A stretch of 64,000 bases of DNA, taken from contig JBHGNT010000004.1 of assembly GCA_043228905.1 (NCBI GenBank), positions 5,084,001-5,148,000 of the forward strand, read 5' to 3'. Under the pieces are notes generated by a model, which was not told the DNA's origin, ran no database searches, and saw only the letters and a list, made by a program, of their open reading frames with translations. Each line of letters opens with the position of its first letter. Within the stretch, counting starts at the first letter, position 1. Both the position numbers and the translations under genes were made by a program. This document shows positions 22,764-35,100 of this stretch, piece after piece. The DNA is from Azolla caroliniana (taxonomy: Eukaryota; Plantae; Polypodiophyta).

Positions 22764-25033
22764 ATGTCTAGACAAAATAACGACCACATCACCGAAAGAG
22801 GGAGACGCCACGCCGAACGGCAGCGACGACGGGAAGCCCTGCAGCAAGCCGTCGACGAGATCCGGAGCGATCGGTCATTCTCAAAAACGCTTCGGCAAAT
22901 CGCAGAAAACGCACTGCAGTTCCAGGTTCTACAAGCTTCCGACGAAGGCAGTAGCATAACCAGCCTCCAAGAAGCGGAGACACTACTACAGACTCTCGCT
23001 TGCGGCGACGGGGACGCAGCGGCATTTGCAACATTAGAGGCGGATTCGGATAGCGGGGAAAGCGTGGGATCCCGCTATAAAAACAGCCACGAGAACAACC
23101 CCTTTGAGTCGGATCGCTCAGCAACATCGGAGCCAGAGGAGGAAATAACTCTGGAGTTCGGTGACCGGCAATCGCCGAGGAGGGAGGAGCGGATACCAAC
23201 ACCACCCGCGGAGGAACCACAGGAGCGGTTATCAACACCACCCGCGGAGGAACCGCAGGAGCGGATACCAACACCACCTGCGGAGGAACCGCAGGAGCGG
23301 TTATCAACACCACCCGCGGAGGAACCGCAGGAGCGGATACCAACACCACCTGCGGAGGAACCGCAGGAGCGGAGACCGACATCGGAGGAACCAGCGCAGG
23401 AGAATCAGTGGGACGACACGATGCCGTATCCATACCCAAAGTATCGGGATGAGCCCGACGGAGAGGCACATGTGTATGCATTCCTGCGAACATGGGAAGC
23501 CAACCACGTGTCCCAGAGACTGACGGAGCCCGAGGCCGACCGATCCAAAGTCGCCGAATTCGGCATGACATTAGAAGGACCGGCGGCCCGGTGGCACGAC
23601 AAGCACTTACCAGGCAGCTTCGCCACGTTCGAGGCATTGAAAACCCAGTTTTTACGCTTGTTTCATAGATGAGTGGAACAAAGGGAATTGGTCGGACAAT
23701 TCTACACCACTCGGCAGGGAGAAAACGAGACGGTCCCACAATTTATCATTCGTTTCCAGACCTTGCACAGTCAATTAGCAAGAGCACCACCCGAAGAGGA
23801 GGCCAAGGCAGTCTTTTTGGCTGCGTTAAAAGACCCACTTCGAGCGATGTGTGGAATCATCGATTTCAGCACCAGCACAATGGACCAAGTCATTGATCGG
23901 GTCCTGGAAATGGACAACACGAGCCCCTTCTTGCCGATGGGGGCGTTACACCAGGCGCTTCCGAAGGAGGAGGACCTCCGGTTCCGACAAGCCCTACAAT
24001 GCACAACATGCCTAAATTCGGGGCACTCGACCGTTGACTGCACCCTGCGCGCACAGTGCATGATATGCAATTCTCGCGCCCACACAACGAACCAATGCGA
24101 GTATAACCTGTTAACTCGACAAGCGGCACAGGTCCGACACATAGAACCGCGCAATCGGGACCCGGAAGAGGATCGATTCCGGAGGGACGACCGCTACCGA
24201 CGAGAACGCGGCGACAGATACCCCGATAGAAGACGCGACAGCTATGACCGAGAGGAGAACCGAAGGGATAGCTACCCCCGGGACCGGTACGACCGAGACG
24301 AATCCCCGGAATACGAGCGACGCAGAGAAGAAAGGCGGCCAGGGAACCGGAATTTCCGACGGAACCAAAGGCGGGGATTCTTCCGTAGAGAAGAGCGTCG
24401 GGAGGCAACAAGGAATGACAAACCAATAGCGGCACCGGAGAACCAAAAGACCGAGGACAACCGCCGGGGAATGCCCCTCCCCCAAACATGGGAAAAAGGA
24501 GAATCCAGCAACACGCACAGGGTGTACTGTTATTACTGCCGAAAAGAAGGGCATTACAGTAATCAATGCCCAAGCAAAACAGCCGACAAGCAGCCAGCAG
24601 TCAACATGGTGACAGCCGAAGTACAGCAGGTTACCACGCGGTCGAAGGGGAAGGCCGCCGAATGGGAAGCCCAGGAAGCAATCAGAAAACAAGCGGCACA
24701 ATGGATCAAAGAAGCCAACGAACAAGGTGCGGCGGAAGTAAGAAACCAAAATATGCCAAGGGAGGAGGAAATCGTACAGCCAGGAGAAAACCCGACATGG
24801 CAAGCACTACAAGATTGTCAGATCGTGCTGCCGTTGGCACGGTTACTGCAGTTGGTGCCGCGGTTCGCAGCAGACTTACAAGCCGCCGTGAGCAAACCGA
24901 CGCCGACGCCAGCACCGGCATTTTTCTCCAACCCGGAGGAAGGCCCAGCGGTGGTTGATACCAGTAGCCCAGCAATCACGACAATCGTCAAAGGAAACGA
25001 GATTCCAGGAACGATTATTGACGGAGGTTCCGG
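22764..25033 (+). pseudogene. C gag to protease start (one in-frame TGA at 23670-23672; cut by D)
   Basis: Retrotrans_gag-like FGMTLEGPAARW..F..LK..FL..F, two Cys/His knuckle-like motifs plus CYYCRKEGHYSNQC, protease IIDGGSG. Same frame on both sides of the stop. Confidence 0.88.
23186..23375 (+). repeat. 36-bp coding minisatellite alternating ERIPTPPAEEPQ / ERLSTPPAEEPQ
   Basis: Five units with A-B-A-B-A structure in C gag. Confidence 0.92.
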
Positions 25034-25728
25034 TGTGGGGTTTGCTACGCCCTTGCGTGCAGAAAGGAGGAGGGACCACGGGGGTCTTGGACCGAAGAGC
25101 AAGAGAGAGAGGAGTAAGAGAGAGAGACCCGATTACACAGAACCGAAGATCGCATAGGGACACGGCCCAACAAACAGAGATCACAAATAAACGCCGACGC
25201 AGATGGACGCAACAAGAAAAGATATGTACTTATGAATGCAAGAGAATAACAGACTAAAGTATTACAACCCACGGTGGGGCACGAAATAGATACTAACGAA
25301 AACGAACAGGGCGGCGAACAGATGCCGACCCCTGTATGTCGCGACGCACAGAAAGGGAAAACAGGTCGGAGGTGCTGCAGGACGCGCTCGGGGCGTTCCA
25401 CGGAACAGCGCAAGCCTCCTCGAAACCTGCACAGGTACGCGATGGAGCAGAAGACAGAGAAGGCAGGAGTGAGAGAGAAGCTCCGAAATCGGTTCGGCAG
25501 CACTTCGTCCTCTCCGCGCGAGATACCCCACTTCTAGTCTTCCTCCTCCTTTTATAGCCCGTCAAGAGGCCGTTTGGCATTAACTGCATACCAACCGAAT
25601 CTACCCACCTAGGATCCTCGTATGTACCTACTTCGACCTTAGGTACTTCTTGGCGCGCGCGTGTGTGTAGAGCCGTTTCCCACGCCTTGTTCCTCCGATT
25701 CCTCTTGTGGGCTGTTTTCTTCACGACA
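25034..25728 (-). repeat. 3' LTR of D
   Basis: TG...CA ends; TATAAAA on the minus strand near 25551-25557. Confidence 0.95.
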
Positions 25729-25800
25729 TCCGCCCCCACCTAACCGCGCATCCACCGGCATGCGCCAAATTAAGTTGGCACGGAGCAAACCGGCCCGCCT

Positions 25801-28800
25801 TTACTCTTCGCCTGCCGGCCCTTCCTCGGCCTCGGATCGGCCGTCGCTGCTGTCCAGGAGAATCAGGTCGGGTTCGTCGTCGTGCCGCTTCTTGAAAGCT
25901 TTGATCCTCTTCCCGGCCACGGGTATCGCTATTCTCGTACCGTCGAGTTCCGCCAGATGATACGTCCCGTTGTCGTTGGCGCTTTGTACCGTGTACGGCC
26001 CGAACCATCTCCGTGCGAACTTCCGCGTTGCTCGGTGCTGGTTGTCGAGGCTGCTGTCGTAGACGAGCACCCAGTCACCTTGTTCGATCTTCTTCGGTCG
26101 GAGTCGGTGCGTTCGGTCGAACCTGGCTTTGTTCTTTATCCTCGCCACTCGGATCCTTTCTGCAGCCGTCTCCACGTCCTCCGGTCTCCGTTCGAGTTGT
26201 CGTATACGCGCTGCCAACAACTCCTCCCGGCTCATCTCGTCCCTCCAGTCGACCGTTGCCCATGAGGAGATTGTTCGTTCCATCGGCATGATCGGCCCCT
26301 GGCCGAACATGAGCTCTGTCGGCATGTACCCGGTTACCGAACTGTGCGTAGTCCGGTCGGCCCACAAAGCATAAGGTAGAAGTCGCGGCCAGTTACCGAC
26401 TTGGCCTCCGCATGCCCGAACCAGCGCTTTAACGATCGGCCCGTGTCCGCGCTCCACCTTTCCATTCGCCTCCGGGTTGTACGCAGTGGTGAGCGAGAGT
26501 TTGACTCCCAGCCGATCGAACAGCTCCGCGGCTTCCTCGGCGTCCAACTCCCCTCGGTCAGCCACGATCTTCCCGACGCACCCGTACCGGCATATCACGT
26601 CCTCGATCAGGAACCGACACACGGCCGCGGTCGTCTTGTTCTGAAGGGCTCGGCCTTCCACCTGGTTCGTCAGGTCTTCCCGCGCTAGGACCAGATACCG
26701 CATCTGTCCTACCCCCATCGGCATCGTCACCAGATCTACCATCCATTTGAAATGGATGGCCGGAGGGTACGTAGGGTGAAGCTCGTCTCGATGTCGGACT
26801 ATGGAGTGCATCTGGCAGCTCTCGCAAGTTGTCACGAACCGATGCACGTCCTGGTACAATCCCGGCCACCAGTACTTCCCCTTCAGCTTCTCAAATGTCG
26901 CCCACGTTCCACGGTGTCCAGCCCAAGGGCTGTCGTGGTAGGCCGCCAGTAGCTCCTCCTGTTCTTCCTTCATCGCCACCACCCGGAGCGGGACGCCGTT
27001 CCTCTTCTTCGGGTGCTTCCACAAATGCCCATCTCGGAGAAAGAATCGATATGCTTTCTTCCGGATCCGGTTGGCCTCGTCCTTCGTCCATGACGCATCG
27101 GGCGTCATTGTCTTCAAAAACCCGCCGATCTGCAGCCACTCCCCGTCGTACTTGCTCGCGTCGAACTCATTAAGCGCCGGAGTGCTCATCCCGTCGGTCG
27201 TTATGTATGCCGCCTCGAAGAAATCCACGCCGACTTCTTCGTCTTCCGAAACCATGCCGCCCTCGTCGTCGAACCTCGCCCTCGAAAGCATGTCGGCCAT
27301 GGCGTTGTCTTTCCCGGAAATGTGTCGTATTTCCGGGTCCAGGGACTTGATGTACGCTATCCACCTGAGCATCGCCAGGTCCGGAGTCGCGCATCCGGAA
27401 ACCATACCGAGAATCGGCAGGCAATCCGTCTCGATGATCACTTCTGTCCCTATCAGGTAGTCTTTGTCGGCCTTAACCGCCGAAACAATACCCCAGAGTT
27501 CGCGTTTAACCTGGGCGTATCCTTGCTGCCGTTCACTGAGGACTTTCGCGCCGAATCGGATCGGAAACCGATTGCCGTCCTCGTCTTCCTGGTTCACGAC
27601 CCATCCGATCCCGGTCGGACTGGTATCCACCGTTATGAATACCGGGGTACCCTTCCCGTATACCGCCTTCCGGAGTGCCGGTGCCGCTGCAAGGGCCTCT
27701 TTCAGCTTCCGGACCGATTCCGCGTGCTCGTCTAGCCATTCGAACCTTCGCCCCTTTTTCAGCAACCCGTACAGTGGCTCCGCGACGTGTGCGTAATGCG
27801 GGATCCATATGTGGTAGAACGCGCATGCCCCCAGGAATCTCCGTACTTCCGTGACCGAGCTGCAGTCGGGCTTCATCGCGGAGATGGCTTCTACCTTTGC
27901 CGGAGACGGTTTCCGGCCATATGGTCCGCACAGGTGTCCGACCACCATGATTTCTGACTGCCCGAAGGCCGACTTCTCCCCGGAGAAGGTGAGTCTCGCA
28001 TCCTCTAGCCTTTGCAGCACCTTCTCGCAGTCGTCGATGTGCGCCGCCACGAATCGCCGGCATCCGTCCGGCCCGATCGTCTCGTCCTTTTCTTCCACCG
28101 GGCATCCCTTGATCGGGATGTCGTCCAGAAACGGCATGGTGATGTCCGGGATACAGTCCCTCAGAACCTTGTTCATCGCATTCACCATGTGGGCCACCGA
28201 GTTGGTCCCTCCTTGCGGCAGTGTACACATCCGAACTAGGCCGAGGGGAGTTCGCATCGTCGTAATGTCTCTGCTCTCCACGGCTAGCTGGAACTGGTCG
28301 TACCCTGAGTATAGATCCCCGACCGAGTAAATTGACCTTCCGGCGAAGGCCTCCGCGAACTCGTCTATGGTCGGTCCGATCCCTGCGTTCCGAATGGTCA
28401 CTCGATTGACCGGCTGCAGGTCCTGGATGAAGCGCAACGAACCGTTTTTCTTCGGTACGGTAAACCATCGATTCGAATATGGGGCGCTCGACGGCTCGAG
28501 AATTCCCATATCAACTTTCTGCCTCAGCAGCTCCATCAACTTCGGGATGTGAGCTCTCGGAACCGGGATTGGCTTGAGATTCCATGGTACATGCGGTACC
28601 GTGAATATCACCATCGGCTCCACGATCGTCGGGTCAACGCACCCGATTTCCTCCGGCGAGAATGCGAAGGCTTTCCCGTGCCTTCCGAGCATTCTCCGAA
28701 ACCGGTCTTCCTCCGCCGGCAGTAGGAACCCGCCCCCACCGATTTTGAGCTCTCGGAGCGTCTCGTCGGTGAAGGTGTGTCCTATGCAGGCCGGATCTTG

Positions 28801-29298
28801 TAGACTAGGGTCCGATGCAACCCCTTTGATTCTCGACGCGCTGTCCTCCGGTAAGGGTGCCGCGACTGGCCTTACCTTCCGGTCCACAGTCTTGTACTTG
28901 GTGCTTACGTGGGCCGTCCGAACCGACTCGAGCCCTCGACCGAAGTCCGCGATGACTTCGTACATCTCCTCGGAACACACCGGTATCGTCCGGTCTTCGT
29001 TAAGGCCTTCTTCGACTACCTTTCCCAGCATTCCCAAGGTGTCGTCGAATGAGACCGCCTCCACGGCTCCGTTGATTTCCTCGTCAGGGCCGAGAACTCC
29101 GCACGCTCGAAGTCTCCCCTCCGCCTTTGTCTTCTCTCGGCCGCCGATGCCGGCTATCGTACACGCTCCGCTGCCGGAGAACAAAAATTCCCTACCTATG
29201 GTACAAGGTTTCTTCGGTTTTATCGTACAGGTGTGGGGTTTTCCCGGGGTGTCCGGACTGTCGCGGCCCCACGCCTTGGCAGCCCTCTCTAAAAATCC
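25801..29298 (-). CDS. D pol (RT, RNase H, integrase), intact, entered by a probable -1 frameshift
   Basis: Frame is open from 29298. Motifs KYKTVDRKVRPV, PYSNRWFTVPKKNGSLRFIQDLQPVN, LPQGGTNS, PFLDD, VDTSPTGIG, GHRG..CESCQ, VADRGE, EANGKVERGH, RWFGPY. Confidence 0.92.
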   Translation of the reverse strand, partial: GFLERAAKAWGRDSPDTPGKPHTCTIKPKKPCTIGREFLFSGSGACTIAGIGGREKTKAEGRLRACGVLGPDEEINGAVEAVSFDDTLGMLGKVVEEGLNEDRTIPVCSEEMYEVIADFGRGLESVRTAHVSTKYKTVDRKVRPVAAPLPEDSASRIKGVASDPSLQDPACIGHTFTDETLRELKIGGGGFLLPAEEDRFRRMLGRHGKAFAFSPEEIGCVDPTIVEPMVIFTVPHVPWNLKPIPVPRAHIPKLMELLRQKVDMGILEPSSAPYSNRWFTVPKKNGSLRFIQDLQPVNRVTIRNAGIGPTIDEFAEAFAGRSIYSVGDLYSGYDQFQLAVESRDITTMRTPLGLVRMCTLPQGGTNSVAHMVNAMNKVLRDCIPDITMPFLDDIPIKGCPVEEKDETIGPDGCRRFVAAHIDDCEKVLQRLEDARLTFSGEKSAFGQSEIMVVGHLCGPYGRKPSPAKVEAISAMKPDCSSVTEVRRFLGACAFYHIWIPHYAHVAEPLYGLLKKGRRFEWLDEHAESVRKLKEALAAAPALRKAVYGKGTPVFITVDTSPTGIGWVVNQEDEDGNRFPIRFGAKVLSERQQGYAQVKRELWGIVSAVKADKDYLIGTEVIIETDCLPILGMVSGCATPDLAMLRWIAYIKSLDPEIRHISGKDNAMADMLSRARFDDEGGMVSEDEEVGVDFFEAAYITTDGMSTPALNEFDASKYDGEWLQIGGFLKTMTPDASWTKDEANRIRKKAYRFFLRDGHLWKHPKKRNGVPLRVVAMKEEQEELLAAYHDSPWAGHRGTWATFEKLKGKYWWPGLYQDVHRFVTTCESCQMHSIVRHRDELHPTYPPAIHFKWMVDLVTMPMGVGQMRYLVLAREDLTNQVEGRALQNKTTAAVCRFLIEDVICRYGCVGKIVADRGELDAEEAAELFDRLGVKLSLTTAYNPEANGKVERGHGPIVKALVRACGGQVGNWPRLLPYALWADRTTHSSVTGYMPTELMFGQGPIMPMERTISSWATVDWRDEMSREELLAARIRQLERRPEDVETAAERIRVARIKNKARFDRTHRLRPKKIEQGDWVLVYDSSLDNQHRATRKFARRWFGPYTVQSANDNGTYHLAELDGTRIAIPVAGKRIKAFKKRHDDEPDLILLDSSDGRSEAEEGPAGEE

Positions 29299-31415
29299 TC
29301 TCGGTTATCGGAACCGAGGGAGTCGCGGTTACGCTCGTGGTTCGGCCTAACCGTCAAAAACTGGACCGAATGGCGCCCGTCCTGGCTCTTGACCCGCGCA
29401 TAGGCCGAACCATTGTCCAGCACCTTGGTCTCCATTCGCGCCGCCGTGATGTACGGCTCTCCCAGTATGACCGGATGCGAGGACGTCTCCTGCACGAAGA
29501 AGTGCTGGTCAATCTCGACGTCGCCGATCTTGACTCGCACATTCGGACAGGCCCCGTGCAGTTCCTCGGTGGCGCGCGTTGCTGCCCTTATTTTCCACCC
29601 GTGCTTGGTGTTGATCGGCCATTTGCCCTTCTTATAGAAGTCCATGGACATCAAATTGATCTCTGATCCGTGGTCTACCAAAGCTATCACCGGTTCCCGG
29701 ACATCGCCGATCTTCACCGGGGTTTCCGTGGTCGCTCGGGCCCAGTGCGGTCTCGAATAGTGGCTTTCCGCCCACTCGTCTCCCAGCGCCATGTCGTCTA
29801 GGTGCGTCGTCCGTACTTCCACCGGTCTTTCCGGTTCTGTCTCCGTTGACAGCCTCTTCCGTTTCACCAAGTCCACGATGGAGTCGTGGAACTCCTTCTT
29901 GGCGATTCCCAGCACCTCCCGTAGCGACAGCTCCACCTTGCTGTCGAGGATCCGTTCCTCCAGGACCTTTCGTAAGTCCGTGGTTCTTTCTATCTCCGTC
30001 CCCAGACGGTACCCGCCCTTCTGGGGTTTATCTTGCATACCGGCCCCGCCGGCTTCGTCCCGTCGTGGCCCGGACCGGGTCTCGTGTCGTTGTGAGGGCC
30101 CGGTCGTCCCGGGTTTCCCCACCCGCTTCTCTTCTACCAGAGCCTCGTAGTTCCGGCAAGCGGCTTCCACGAAGCCCGTCTTTTCCTCGACCGGGTCGCT
30201 CCACCCGGTCATCTCCCGTACCCGTTTCTCCGCACGGTCCGATTCCTCCCTCTTCATCCTCGTATCGGCAAGGCCTTCCAGCACCGTCGGCCAGAATCCG
30301 GCTTTGCTTCCTCTTCGGGCCTCGTTGCCCCCGACTCGAATACCGGCCGACGCCGAGTAGTGGACGGTTTCCGCATGTCGGGCCGCCGCCTCTTCCATCA
30401 ACCTCTTCATTCCGCCTCGCCCGTCGTTTCGGTTTAGGGCCCTTCTCGTGTCGTTGGCGTGAACCCGGCCTTCCCATAGGTATACCACCCGGTTCTTCAG
30501 CGCCTCTGCGAAATCGCCGCAGTCTTTTCGGATGTGGCCGACCCCGTCGCACCACATGCACCTGTTCCCCGCCGCCGGCCGTCGGTCACGAGCAGGTCCT
30601 CCGCCTTCTCTGCGGGCTTGTGCGATTTGGAGGTCTTTTATCGCCCTCGTCAGTTCCTCCAACGCAGCTCCTCCAGTCGTGCCTCTGATCACGCCGGTCG
30701 GAGCTGAACCGGATTCCAGCCACTCCCGAGTCTCTTCCCTTCGCACCGGCTGCGCCGGCTCGAGTATCCTCGCCGCGACTGAGCCCGACCCGGTTGCTCT
30801 GTCATCCTCCCATTCTCGCCGTTTGTCGAAACGGCCGCAGGCTCTCTTGACCGCCGCCCAGTCGGCTGTCAGCCCGTCTTCGGTTTCTAGCAGGGCGCCC
30901 ACGTGACTCCGATCCCTCTCGTCAACCGATTTGACGAACAGCAGGACCCGGCTTGTATCCAGGACCATCCTGTCAAGCGCCGAAAGGCGCGCGAAGTTCT
31001 CCTCGAACTCCCGGAGGAGTGCCGACGCATTCCTTCCTTTCCCGGGAGACTCCACCCACTCCATGAAGCTTCGCTTCGAAAGCCGGAGCGCGTCGTCCAG
31101 CCCGTATTTTTCCAGGAGCCGACCTTCGAACTCCTCCCAGGTACGGCTCTCCGCCCGCACCTCGAGCACCTCCGCGTGGATGCTCGGCATCGCCACTCGG
31201 GGAAAACCGGCAAGACGCCTGTCTTCCGGAATGTCCCGCATTAACATTTACGCACCGTAGGACGCCAGGTACTTCGTGGCATCTTTTCCGGTGAATCGAC
31301 CGATCGTTCCGACGACCGCCTCAATAGCTCTATCGAGGGCGCCGGTGCCCTCGCGCGCGCTTACTATCCGATCCACGGCCGAAGCCATGGCCTCTGCAAG
31401 ATCCGCCCCCTTCAT
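29289..31415 (-). pseudogene. D gag-protease ORF (ATG 31415; single TAA at 31250-31248; 652-aa open remainder)
   Basis: MKGADLAE...GRFTGKDATKYLASYGA*MLMRD, knuckle CMWCDGVGHIRKDC, protease ALVDHGSEIN...VILGEPY, stop at 29289. Confidence 0.88.
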
Positions 31416-31437
31416 TTCCTACTCTTCTGCCGCCTCT

Positions 31438-31455
31438 TTCACGTCGGGTTCACCA
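31438..31455 (-). promoter_or_regulatory. Primer-binding site of D, complementary to the tRNA-Trp 3' end
   Basis: 18 nt TGGTGAACCCGACGTGAA, 3 nt from the 5' LTR; matches my recollection of the plant tRNA-Trp(CCA) 3' end ...UUCACGUCGGGUUCACCA. Confidence 0.8.
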
Positions 31456-31458
31456 AGA

Positions 31459-32153
31459 TGTGGGGTTTGCTACGCCCTTGCGTGCAGAAAGGAGGAGGGA
31501 CCACGGGGGTCTTGGACCGAAGAGCAAGAGAGAGAGGAGTAAGAGAGAGAGACCCGATTACACAGAACCGAAGATCGCATAGGGACACGGCCCAACAAAC
31601 AGAGATCACAAATAAACGCCGACGCAGATGGACGCAACAAGAAAAGATATGTACTTATGAATGCAAGAGAATAACAGACTAAAGTATTACAACCCACGGT
31701 GGGGCACGAAATAGATACTAACGAAAACGAACAGGGCGGCGAACAGATGCCGACCCCTGTATGTCGCGACGCACAGAAAGGGAAAACAGGTCGGAGGTGC
31801 TGCAGGACGCGCTCGGGGCGTTCCACGGAACAGCGCAAGCCTCCTCGAAACCTGCACAGGTACGCGATGGAGCAGAAGACAGAGAAGGCAGGAGTGAGAG
31901 AGAAGCTCCGAAATCGGTTCGGCAGCACTTCGTCCTCTCCGCGCGAGATACCCCACTTCTAGTCTTCCTCCTCCTTTTATAGCCCGTCAAGAGGCCGTTT
32001 GGCATTAACTGCATACCAACCGAATCTACCCACCTAGGATCCTCGTATGTACCTACTTCGACCTTAGGTACTTCTTGGCGCGCGTGTGTGTGTAGAGCCG
32101 TTTCCCACGCCTTGTTCCTCCGATTCCTCTTGTGGGCTGTTTTCTTCACGACA
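31459..32153 (-). repeat. 5' LTR of D
   Basis: Copy of 25034-25728. Confidence 0.95.
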
Positions 32154-32157
32154 CCGG

Positions 32158-35100
32158 GGTGAACGTCATTAGTCGACGGACATGCGACGACCTAGGCATC
32201 CAGGAGTGGGAACCATGCCCCTTCTGGTTACGCATGGCGGATACAAGCTCAGTCCGACCAACTGGTCTTATCCGGGACTTGGAAGTAACAATAGGAGGCC
32301 ACGGATTCCGAATATCGGCCGTGGTACTAGAGCTGAATGTACAAGGCGCATATCCCCTACTGTTAGGACGACCATGGTTGCGAACGGCGCATATCAAGCA
32401 AAATTGGCAAAAGAATATGATCACGTTCCGACGAGGAAAAACAAAGGTACGGGTAGCCACGCAACCACGGGTGCTCACTAGCAAGGAGGCAACCCCTTTA
32501 TATGCCGAAAGCATCAACATGTTGGAGGGCTTACTGGATGAGGAAGTTGATCGGTACCTCGAGGAACACCCACAGATCGTCCCACTTTTTGAGGTGGATA
32601 TCACGGCAGCAGTAGAGCCGTACATCACAATGCCGGACGAGCCGGACAAAGTGGCGATCCGGGAACTACGCCAAGCACAGGAAGCCCTAGAAAGAGAAAT
32701 GACGATATCCCAAAGGGTGAAAGCATCCCAGCTGGAAGAGGTGGACCTCGGCACAACAGAACAACCCCGACCGGTAAAAGTCGCGAAGGAATTGTCGAAG
32801 GAGGAAAAACAGGCAATGGTAGCACTGTTAACGGAGTTCAAGGATGTGTTCGCATGGTCATACGAAGACATGCGAGGGTTGGACCCCCAGCTCTACCAGC
32901 ACCAAATTCATCTAAGTACTGACGCGAAACCCATCGCTCAACGTCGGTACCGGATGAATCCAAACTATGCGGCAAAGGTGAAGGAGGAAATTGACAAGCT
33001 TCTCCGGGTCGGATTTATCCGACCAGTCAAGCAGGCAACCTGGCTAAGCCCGATAGTGGTGGTCCCGAAAAAGAACGGCAAAATCCGGGTATGTGTGGAC
33101 TATAGGAAACTAAATGCCACGACAGTGACCGACGCTTTTCCACTACCATTCACGGACGGAGTGCTAGATGCGGTGGCCGGCCACGAAGTTTACAGCTTCC
33201 TGGACGGATTCAGCGGCTACAACCAAATCCGAATGAACCCGGCCGACCAAGAGAAAACAACGTTCGTGACGGAATGGGGAGTGTTCGTCGCGGTCGTGAT
33301 GATGTTCGGATTAAAGACAACCCCTGCAACATTTCAAAGGATAATTATGGAAATCTTCGGTGATTTTATTCCCGGTTTTATGCAGGTCTTCCTAGACGAT
33401 TTCGCCGTCTACAGCCGACACGGAGAGCATCTCGATCACCTACGACTATGCTTAGAAAAGTGCCGCGAGTACCGATTAAGTCTGAACCCGGCTAAGTGCG
33501 TCTTTGGAGTCGCAAGCGGCAATTTGTTAGGCCACGTGGTGAGTCGAGAAGGAATCGCGGTAGATCCGGATAAGGTAAAAGCAATTCTCGACGCACCGGC
33601 ACCGAATAGCGCAAAAGCTTTAAGCCGATTCCTTGGTCAAATAAGGTGGCATAGTCGGATGGTACGGCACCTTGCCGACTTTGCGACACCATTGCACGCT
33701 GCTGTACATAGAGTACCTTTCCAATGGACAGAAACGGAGGAGGCAGCCTACCAAGCGTTGAAGGTCATGCTGTCACAAGCTCCGGTGGTGCAGCCGCCGG
33801 ACTGGAGTAAAAGCTTTCACGTCTTCGTCGACGCGTCGGACGTAGCAATCGGCAGTGTTTTGATGCAACTCACGGAACCGAAATGGTATCGGCCGGTGTA
33901 CTACGCAAGCAGGAAACTCTCGAAAGCCGAACAGAACTACTCTACAACGGAACGAGAGGCATTAGGAATGGTGTACAGCGTCACAAAGTACAGGCACTAT
34001 CTGCTCGGACGAAAGTTCTCCTTCCACGTTGACCACTCGGCACTACTCTACCTAGTCTCAAAGGCAGCCCTGACAGGAAAACTCGCACGGTGGACGCTGC
34101 TATTACAGGAATTCGAATTCGACATTTTCCACCGACCCGGGGTGCAGCATGCGGTAGCAGACTACCTGAGCAGACTAGAATCCGGAGAATCAGGGGACGG
34201 CGTACAGGATGAATTTCCCGACGCCGAGCTGTTTAAGGTCACGACGGCACCGGTAACGGAGACCACAGTAGCGGACGAAGACAAATGGTTAACCGAAATG
34301 CATCAGTTCCTGAGCACCGGAGTTCCCCCGGAAAACTTGGACCGAGACGAACGGAAGAGGATGGCAGTACGGAGCAGACATTTCTGCTTGGTAGGAGACA
34401 CCCTCTATCACAAGGGGGCAGATGGCGTATGGAGGCGAGCAGTGCGGAGCGATGAAAAGGATCTGATCCTGAGGGAAGCCCACTGTGGAATTGCAGGCGG
34501 GCATTATGCCGGCGAAACAACAGCCCGGAAGATATGGCAGAGCGGACTATGGTGGCCGACTACCATGAGAGATGCCGTTAAGTATAGCAGGGAATGCGAC
34601 CTGTGTCAACGACTGGGCCAACCCACGGAACAGGCCCGGATGCCACATCACCCGGTCTTGCCATTAGAACCATTCCAAAAGTGGGGCTTGGACTTTGTTG
34701 GCCCCTTTAAGCCACCGGCAATGCGGACCGGAAATCGGTATATAATAGTGGCTACCGACTACTGCACGAAATGGGTAGAAGCAAAGGCACTACGGGACAA
34801 CACGGCGGCGTCCACGGCCAAATTTTTATATGAATGCATATGGTGTCGGTACGGATGCCCGATTGAGCTGATCAGTGACCAGGGAGGACATTTCCTCGGG
34901 CAGGTGGTGGAAAGTTTGACATCATTCTATGCGGTAGTACACAAACGAAGCACTCCCTACTACCCTCAAGCCAACGGATTAGCGGAATCAACGAATAAAA
35001 CGCTACAGAACATCCTTAGAAAAATCGTCAATGAGAACCGGACCGACTGGGATACGAAGTTGCAGAGCGTGCTGTGGGCGTACCGAACGGCGTACAAGAC

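Larger units (their letters stand above)
25034..32153 (-). mobile_element. Ty3/Gypsy D, fungal (Ylt1-like) type, very young; inserted in the C protease
   Basis: 695-bp LTRs at 25034-25728 and 31459-32153 with one visible difference. 4-bp TSD CCGG (25030-25033 and 32154-32157). PBS TGGTGAACCCGACGTGAA. PPT-like AGGTGGGGGCGGA. Confidence 0.95.

Noticed and set aside
24955-25739. ORFs duplicated at 31458-32149
   Set aside because: They are repeated only because they lie in the two LTRs of D.
31438-31455. tRNA-Trp gene
   Set aside because: Only the 3' 18 nt including CCA are present, next to an LTR; this is a PBS.
25034-32153. Fungal or bacterial contamination as the source of GC-rich element D
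   Set aside because: It sits inside C with a TSD, and excision restores the C protease frame, so it is a real insertion.
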